A DNA stretch of 64,000 nucleotides from Eledone cirrhosa. Its lineage: Eukaryota. Each line of letters starts with the position of its first letter. Position 1 is the first letter of the stretch. The position numbers were made by a program, and so were the translations under genes. The notes under the pieces are model-generated. The model made no database searches, was not told the DNA's origin, and saw only the letters and a program-made list of their open reading frames with translations. The stretch is from assembly GCA_964016885.1 (NCBI GenBank), contig OZ024741.1:5580001-5644000 (forward strand), written 5' to 3'. Shown one piece after another: positions 55,701 to 64,000 of the stretch.

Positions 55701-58700
55701 AGTGGTCCACTTGAGGTAGCTATTACAGTGGTCCACTTGAGGAGGTTATTACAGTGGTCCACTTTAGGTTATTACAGTGGTCCACCTGAGGTTATTACAG
55801 TGGTCCACTTGAGGAGGTTATTACAGTGGTCCACTTCAGGTTATTACAGTGGTGCACTTGAGGAGCCTATTACAGTGGTCCACTTGAGGTTATTAAAGTG
55901 GTCCACTTGAGGAGGTTATTACAGTGGTACATTTTAGGTGGCTATTACAGTGGTCCACTTGAGGAGGTTATTACAGTGGTCCACTTGAGGAGGTTATTAC
56001 AGTGGTCCACTTGAGGAGGTTATTACAGTGGTCCACTTGAGGTTATTACAGTGGTCCACGTGAGGAGGCTATTACAGTGGTCCACTTGAGGTGGCTATTA
56101 CAGTGGTCCACTTGACGAGGTTATTACGGTGGTCCACTTGAGGAGGCTATTACAGTGGTCCACTTGAGGAGGCTATTACAGAGGTCCACTTGAGGTGGCT
56201 ATTACAGTGGTCCACTTGAGGTTATTACAGTGGTCCACTTGAGGAGGTTATTACAGTGGTCCACTTGAGGTTATTACAGTGGTCCACGTGAGGAGGCTAT
56301 TACAGTGGTCCACTTGAGGAGGCTATTACAGTGGTCCACTTGAGGAGGCTATTACAGTGGTCCACTTGAGGTTATTACAGTGGTCCACTTGAGTAGGCTA
56401 TTACAGAGGTCCACTTGAGGTTATTACAGTGGTCCACTTGAGGTTATTACAGTGGTCTTCTTGATGTTATTACAGTGGTCCACTTGAAGTTATTACAGTG
56501 GTCCACTTGAGGAGGCTATTACAGAGGTCCACTTGAGATTATTACAGTGGTCCACTTGAGGAGGTTATTACAGTGGTCCACTTAAGGAGGTTATTACAGT
56601 GGTCCACTTGAGGAGACTATTACAGTGGTTCACTTGAGGAGGTTATTACAGTGGTCCACTTGAGGAGGTTATTACAGTGGTCCACTTGAGGTTATTACAG
56701 TGGTCCAATTGAGGAGGTTATTACAGTGGTCCACTTGAGGAGGCTATTACAGTGGTCCATTTGAGGTTATTACAGTGGTCCACTTGAGGAGGTTATTACA
56801 GTGGTCCACTTGAGGTTATTACAGTGGTCCACTTGAGGTTATTACAGTTGTCCACTTGAGGTTATTACAGTGGTCCACTTGAGGAGGCTATTACAGTGGT
56901 CCACTTGAGGTTATTACAGTGATCCACTTGAGGAGGTTATTACAGTGGTCCACTTGAGGTTATTACAGTGGTCCACTTGAGGTTATTACAGTTGTCCACT
57001 TGAGGAGGCTATTACAGTGGTCCACTTGAGGTTATTACAGTGGTCCACTTGAGGAAGCTATTACAGTGGTCCACTTGAGGTTATTACAGTGGTCCACTTG
57101 AGGAGGCTATTACAGTGGTCCACTTGAGGTTATTACAGTGGTCCACTTGAGGAGGTTATTACAGTGGTCCACTTGAGGAGGCTAGTACAGTGGTCCACTT
57201 GAGGTTATTACAGTGGTCCACTTGAGGAGGTTATTACAGTGGTCCACTTGAGGAGGTTATTACAGTGGTCCACTTGAGGTTAATACAGAGGTCCACTTGA
57301 GGAGGTTATTACAGTGGTCCATTTGAGGAGGTTATTACAGTGGTCCACTTGAGGAGGTTATTACAGTGGTCCACTTGAGGTTATTACAGTGGTCCACTTC
57401 AGGAGGCTATTACAGTGGTCCACTTGAAGAGGCTATTACAGTGGTCCACTTGAGAAGGTTATTACAGTGGTCCTCTTGAGGTTATTACAGTGGTCCACTT
57501 GAGGAGGCTATTAGAGTGGTCCACTTGAGGAGGTTATTACAGTGGTCCACTTGAGAAGGTTATTACAGTGGTTCACTTGAGGTTATTACAGTGGTCAACT
57601 TGAGGAGGCTATTACAGTGGTCCACTTGAGGTGGTTATTACAGCGGTCCACTTGAGGTTATTACAGTGGTCCACTTGAGGCTATTACAGTGGTCCACTTG
57701 CGGAGGCTATTACAGAGGTCCACTTGAGGAGGTTATTATAGGGGTCCACTTGAGGTGGTTATTACAGTGGTCCACTTGAGAAGGTTATTACGGTGGTCCA
57801 GTTTAGGTTATTACAGTGGTCCACTTGTGGAGGTTATTACAGTGGTCAACTTGAGGTTATTACAGTGGTCCACTTGAGGAGGTTATTACAGTGGTCCACT
57901 TGAAGAGGTTATTACAGTGGTCCACTTGAGGTTATTACAGTGGTCCACTTGAGGAGGTTATTACAGTGGTCCACTTCAGGTTATTACAGTGGTCCACTTG
58001 AGGTGGCTATTACAGTGGTCCACTTGAGGAGGCTATTACAGTGGTCCACTTGAGGAGGTTATTACAGTGGTCCACTTGAGGAGGTTATTACAGTGGTCCA
58101 CTTGAGGTGGCTATTACAGTGGTTCACTTGAGGTTATTACAGTGGTCCAATTGAGGAGGTTATTACAGTGGTCCACTTGAGGTTATTACAGTGGTCCAAT
58201 TGAGGAGGTTATTACAGTGGTCCACTTGAGGAGGTTATTACAGTGGTCCACTTGAGGTTATTACAGTGTTCCACTTGAGGTGGTTACTACAGTGGTCCAC
58301 TTGAGGAGGTTATTACAGTGGTCCACTTGAGGTTATTACAGTGGTCCACTTGAGGACGCTATTACAGTGGTCCACTTAAGGTTATTACAGTGGTCCACTT
58401 GAGGAGGTTATTACAGTGGTCCACTTGAGGCTATTACAGTGGTCCACTTGAGGAGGCCATTACAGTGGTCCACTTGAGGTTATTACAGTGGTCCACTTGA
58501 GGAGGCTATTACAGCGGTCCACTTGAGGTTATTACAGTGGTCCACTTGAGGTTATTACAGTGGTCCACTTGAGGAGGCTATTACAGTGGTCCACTTGAGA
58601 AGGTTATTACAGTGGCCCACTTGAGGTTATAACAGTGGTCCACTTGAGGATGTTTTTAGAGTTGTCCACTTGAGGAGGTTATTACAGTGGTCCAATTGAG

Positions 58701-61700
58701 AAGGGTATTACAGTGGTCCACTTGAGGAGGCTATTACAGTGGTCCACTTGAGAAGGTCATTACAGTGGCCCACTTGAGGTTATTACAGTGGTCCACTTGA
58801 GGATGTTTTTAGAGTTGTCCACTTGAGGAGGTTATTACAGTGGTCCAATTGAGAAGGTTATTACAGTGGTCCACTTGAGGTCATTACAGTGGTCCACTTG
58901 AGATGGTTATTACAGCGGTCCACTTGAGGTTATTAAAGTAGTCCAATTGAGGTTATTACAGTGGTCCACTTGAGGTTATTCCAGTGGTCCACTTGAGGAG
59001 GTTATTACAGTGGTCCACTTGAGGTTATTACAGTGGTCCACTTGAGGTTATTACAGTGGTCCACTTGTAGGGGTTATTACAGTGGTGCACATCAGGTTAT
59101 TACAGTGGTCCACATGAGGTGGCTATTACAGTGGTCCACTTGAGGAGGTTATTACAGTGGTCCACTTGAGGTTATTACAGTGGTCCACTTGAGGTTATTA
59201 CAGTGGTCCACTTGAGAAGGTTATTACAGTGGTCCACTTGAGGAGGTTATTACAATGGTCCACTTGGGGAGGTTATTACAGTGGTCCACATGAGGTGGCT
59301 ATTACAGTGGTCCACTTGAGGAGGTTATTACAGTGGTCCACTTGAGGTTATTACAGTGGTCCACTTGAGGTTATTACAGTGGTCCACTTGAGAAGGTTAT
59401 TACAGTGGTCCACTTGAGGAGGTCATTACAGTGGTCCACTTGAGGTGGTTATTACAGCGGTCCACTTGAGGTTATTAAAGTAGTCCAATTGAGGTTATTA
59501 CAGTGGTCCACTTGAGGTTATTCCAGTGGTCCACTTGAGGAGGTTATTACAGTGGTCCACTTGAGGTTATTACAGTGGTCCACTTGAGGTTATTACAGTG
59601 GTCCACTTGTAGGGGTTATTACAGTGGTGCACATCAGGTTATTACAGTGGTCCACATGAGGTGGCTATTACAGTGGTCCACTTGAGGAGGTTATTACAGT
59701 GGTCCACTTGAGGTTATTACAGTGGTCCACTTGAGGTTATTACAGTGGTCCACTTGAGAAGGTTATTACAGTGGTCCACTTGAGGAGGTTATTACAATGG
59801 TCCACTTGGGGAGGTTATTACAGTGGTCCTCTTGAGGAGGCTATTACAGTGGTCCACTTGATGTTATTACAGTCGTCCACTTGAGGAGGTTATTACAGTG
59901 GTCCACTTGAGGAGGCTATTACAGTGGTCCACTTGAGGTTATTACAGTGGTCCACTTGAGGAGGTTATTACAGTGGTCCACTTGAGGAGGTTATTACAGT
60001 GGTCCACTTGAGGTTAATACAGAGGTCCACTTGAGGAGGTTATTACAGTGGTCCACTTGAGGTTATTACAGTGGTCCATTTGAGGAGGTTATTACAGTGG
60101 TCCACTTGAGGAGGTTATTACAGTGGTCCACTTGAGGTTATTACAGTGGTCCACTTGTAGAGGTTATTACAGTGGTGCACTTCAGGTTATTACAGTGATC
60201 CACATGAGGATTTTATTACAGTGGTCCACTTGAGGTAGCTATTACAGTGGTCCACTTGAGGAGGTTATTACAGTGGTCCACTTTAGGTTATTACAGTGGT
60301 CCACCTGAGGTTATTACAGTGGTCCACTTGAGGAGGTTATTACAGTGGTCCACTTCAGGTTATTACAGTGGTGCACTTGAGGAGCCTATTACAGTGGTCC
60401 ACTTGAGGTTATTAAAGTGGTCCACTTGAGGAGGTTATTACAGTGGTATATTTTAGGTGGCTATTACAGTGGTCCACTTGAGGAGGTTATTACAGTGGTC
60501 CACTTGAGGAGGTTATTACAGTGGTCCACTTGAGGAGGTTATTACAGTGGTCCACTTGAGGTTATTACAGTGGTCCACGTGAGGAGGCTATTACAGTGGT
60601 CCACTTGAGGTGGCTATTACAGTGGTCCACTTGACGAGGTTATTACGGTGGTCCACTTGAGGAGGCTATTACAGTGGTCCACTTGAGGAGGCTATTACAG
60701 AGATCCACTTGAGGTGGTTATTACAGTGGTCCACTTGAGGTTATTACAGTGGTCCACTTGAGGAGGTTATTACAGTGGTCCACTTGAGGTTATTACAGTG
60801 GTCCACGTGAGGAGGCTATTACAGTGGTCCACTTGAGGAGGCTATTACAGTGGTCCACTTCAGGTTATTACAGTGGTGCACTTGAGGAGCCTATTACAGT
60901 GGTCCACTTGAGGTTATTAAAGTGGTCCACTTGAGGATGTTATTACAATGGTACAGTTTAGGTGGCTATTACAGTGGTCCACTTGAGGAGGTTATTACAG
61001 TGGTCCACTTGAGGAGGTTATTACAGTGGTCCACTTGAGGAGGTTATTACAGTGGTCCACTTGAGGTTATTACAGTGGTCCACGTGAGGAGGCTATTACA
61101 GTGGTCCACTTGAGGTGGCTATTACAGTGGTCCACTTGACGAGGTTATTACGGTGGTCCACTTGAGGAGGCTATTACAGTGGTCAACTTGAGGAGGCTAT
61201 TACAGAGGTCCACTTGAGGTGGCTATTACAGTGGTCCACTTGAGGTTATTACAGTGGTCCACTTGAGGAGGTTATTACAGTGGTTCACTTGAGGTTATTA
61301 CAGTGGTCCACGTGAGGAGGCTATTACAGTGGTCCACTTGAGGAGGCTATTACAGTGGTCCACTTGAGGAGGCTATTACAGTGGTCCACTTGAGGTTATT
61401 ACAGTGGTCCACTTGAGGAGGCTATTACAGAGGTCCACTTGAGGTTAATACAGTGGTCCACTTGAGGTTATTACAGTGGTCTTCTTGATGTTATTACAGT
61501 GGTCCACTTGAAGTTATTACAGTGGTCCACTTGAGGAGGCTATTACAGAGGTCCACTTGAGATTATTACAGTGGTCCAATTGAGGAGGTTATTACAGTGG
61601 TCCACTTAAGGAGGTTATTACAGTGGTCCACTTGAGGAGACTATTACAGTGGTCCACTTGAGGAGGTTATTACAGTGGTCCACTTGAGGAGGTTATTACA

Positions 61701-64000
61701 GTGGTCCACTTGAGGTTATTACAGTGGTCCAATTGAGGAGGTTATTACAGTGGTCCACTTGAGGAGGTTATTACAGTGGTCCACTTGAGGTTATTACAGT
61801 GGTCCACTTGAGGTTATTACAGTTGTCCACTTGAGGAGGCTATTACAGTGGTCCACTTGATGTTATTACAGTGGTCCACTTGTGGAGGTTATTACAGTGG
61901 TCCACTTGAGGTTATTACAGTGGTCGACTTGAGGTTATTACAGTGGTCCACTTGAGGGGGCTATTACAGTGGTCCACTTGAGAAGGTTATTACAGTGGTC
62001 CACTTGAGGTTATTACAGTGGTCCACTTGAGGAGTTTATTACAGTGGTCCACTTGAGGGGTTATTACAGTGGTCCACTTGAGAAGGTTATTACAGTGGTC
62101 CACTTGAGGAGGTTATTACAGTGGTCCACTTGATGTTATTACAGTGGTCCACTTGAGGGGGTTATTACAGTGGTCCACTTGAGGTTATTACAGTGGTCCA
62201 CTTGAGGAGGTTATTACAGTGGTCCAATTGAGGAGGTTATTACAGTGGTCCACTTGAGGTTATTACAGTGGACCAATTGAGGAGGTTATTACAGTGGTCC
62301 GCCTGAGGAGGTTATTACAGTGGTCCACTTGAGGTTATTACAGTGGTCCATTTGAGGAGGTTATTACAGTGGTCCACTTGAGGTTATTACAGTGGTCCAC
62401 TTGAGGAGGTTATTAGAGTGGTCCGTTTGAGGAGGTCATTACAGTGGTCCACTTGAGGTTATTACAGTGGTCCACTTGAGGAGGTTATTACAGCGGTCCA
62501 ATTGAGGAGGTTATTACAGTGGTCCACTTGAGGAGGTTATTACAGTGGTCCACTTGAGGAAGTTATTGCAGTGGTCCAATTGAGGAGTTTATTACAGTGG
62601 TCCACTTGAGGAGGTTATTACAGTGGTCCAGTTGAGGTTATTACAGTGGTACACTAGAGGAGGTTATTACAGTGGTCCACTTGAGGTTATTACAGTGGTC
62701 CACTTGAGGAGGTTATTACAGTGGTCCACTTGAGGTTATTACAGTGGTCCACTTGAGGAGGCTATTACAGTGGTCCACTTGAGGTTATTACAGTGGTCCA
62801 CTTGAGGAGGTTATTACAGTGGTCCACTTGAGGTTATTACAGTGGTCCACTTGAGGAGGTTATTACAGTGGTCCAATTGAGGAGGTTATTACAGTGGTCC
62901 ACTTGAGGTTATTACAGTGGGCCACTAGAGGAGGTTATTACAGTGGTCCACTTGAGGTTATTACAGTGGTCCACTTGAGGAGGCTATTACAGTGGTCCAC
63001 TTGAGGAGGTTATTACAGTGGTCCACTTGAGGAGGTTATTACAGTAGTCCACTTGAGGTGGTTATTACAGTGGTCCACTTGAGGAGGTTATTACAGTGGT
63101 CCACTTGAGGTTATTACAGTGGTCAACTTGAGGAGGTTATTACAGTGGTCAACTTGAGGTTATTACAGTGGTCCACTTGAGGAGGTTATTACAATGGTCC
63201 ACTTGAGGAGGTACTTACAGTGGTCCACTTGAGGAGGTTATTACAGTGGTCCACTTGAGGTTCTTACAGTGGTCCACTTGAGGAGGCTATTACAGTGGTC
63301 AACTTGAGGTTATTACAGTGGTCCACTTGAGGAGGCTATTACAGTGGTCCACTTGAGGTTATTACAGTGGTGCACTTGAGGAGGTTATTAGAGTGGTCCA
63401 CTTGAGGTTATTACTGTGGTCCACTTGAGGAGGCTATTACAGTGGTCCACTTGAGGTTATTACAGTGGTCCACTTGAAGAGGCTATTACAGTGGTCCACT
63501 TGAGAAGGTTATTACAGTGGTCCTCTTGAGGTTATTACAGTGGTCCACTTGAGGAGGCTATTAGAGTGGTCCACTTGAGGAGGTTATTACAGTGGTCCAC
63601 TTGAGAAGGTTATTACAGTGGTCCACTTGAGGTTATTACAGTGGTCCACTTGCGGAGGTTATTACAGTGGTCCACTTGGGGAGGTTATTATAGGGGTCCA
63701 CTTGAGGTGGTTATTACAGTGGTCCACTTGAGAAGGTTATTACGGTGGTCCAGTTTAGTTTATTACAGTGGTCCACTTGTGGAGGTTATTACAGTGGTCC
63801 ACTTGAGGTTATTACAGTGGTCCACTTGAGGAGGTTATTACAGTGGTCCACTTGAGGAGGTTATTACAGTGGTCCACTTGAGGTTATTACAGTGGTCCAC
63901 TTGAGGAGGTTATTACAGTGGTCCACTTCAGGTTATTACAGTGGTCCACTTGTGGAGGTTATTACAGTGGTCCACTTGAGGAGGTTATTACAGTGGTCCA
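40708..64000 (+). repeat. Higher-order repeat copy B (~24.1-kb unit, truncated by the window end)
   Basis: Marker order is the same as in copy A. Offsets step from 37,807/37,833 to 28,498/28,521 (ORFs 24949/53470, 27207/55728, 31726/60247) and then to 24,111 (ORFs 36136/60247, 39530/63641; GTCGAC 37812/61923). Confidence 0.9.

Larger units (their letters stand above)
1..64000 (+). repeat. Tandem satellite array of 23-bp and 26-bp monomers, consensus GAG(GAG)GYTATTACAGTGGTCCACTT, extending beyond both window edges
   Basis: Every line of the window consists of head-to-tail copies of ...TATTACAGTGGTCCACTTGAG(GAG)G... with scattered point variants. The two monomer classes differ by one GAG triplet. 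No unique sequence or inverted block was seen. Confidence 0.99.

Noticed and set aside
7081-63829. 15 ORFs of 60-84 aa (MVHLR...QWST) in the ORF track
   Set aside because: They are translations of the satellite where TGA is locally mutated (TTA, TCA, TGT, TGG). All start at the repeat's GTG and simply cycle through three reading frames of the monomer. I used them only as positional markers.
1-64000. CRISPR array (palindromic 23-bp direct repeat)
   Set aside because: There are no unique spacers (only 0 or 3 nt between repeats), no leader and no cas genes.
1-64000. Telomerase-synthesised long telomeric repeat (yeast-like 23-26-bp unit, GGTTA motif, G/T-rich strand)
   Set aside because: Variants are inherited in multi-kb higher-order blocks, which implies recombinational amplification rather than templated addition. 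The unit matches no telomere repeat I recognise. A subtelomeric location is not excluded.
1-64000. G-quadruplex array
   Set aside because: The consensus has only GG doublets separated by long loops and no GGG tracts.
1-64000. Minus-strand repetitive protein gene, or a long frameshifted or readthrough CDS
   Set aside because: The minus strand carries TAATAA or TAATAG in nearly every monomer and the frame rotates each unit. The ORF track shows no minus-strand ORF.
1-64000. Rolling-circle, sequencing-concatemer or synthetic artefact
   Set aside because: Variants are shared hierarchically among paralogous blocks and the copies also carry private differences. This fits evolutionary history rather than random error. 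Mis-assembly of individual duplications remains possible.
1-64000. Embedded transposon, inversion or unique island
   Set aside because: On reading through I saw no non-satellite stretch and no reverse-orientation monomer (AAGTGGACCACTGTAATAACCTC).

Overview
The whole 64 kb window is one uninterrupted, single-orientation tandem satellite array. It has roughly 2,600 monomers (64,000 / ~24.5 bp) of two lengths: 23 bp GAGGTTATTACAGTGGTCCACTT and 26 bp GAGGAGG(T/C)TATTACAGTGGTCCACTT. I see no supportable genes, RNAs, transposons or CRISPR spacers; the ORF-track hits are by-products of rare variants that remove the repeat's TGA. Those variants act as barcodes that reveal nested higher-order structure: 49-bp dimers, 0.15-0.6 kb local duplications, an older ~4.4-6.2 kb periodicity, and a ~24.1 kb higher-order repeat (HOR) present twice. 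Copy A (~2901-40707) is enlarged to 37.8 kb by internal 9,335-bp and ~4.4-kb tandem duplications; copy B runs from ~40708 to the window end. This looks like eukaryotic heterochromatic satellite DNA (inference). I cannot identify the organism or the satellite family. Offsets were read by eye from marker variants and ORF coordinates, so breakpoints are approximate.
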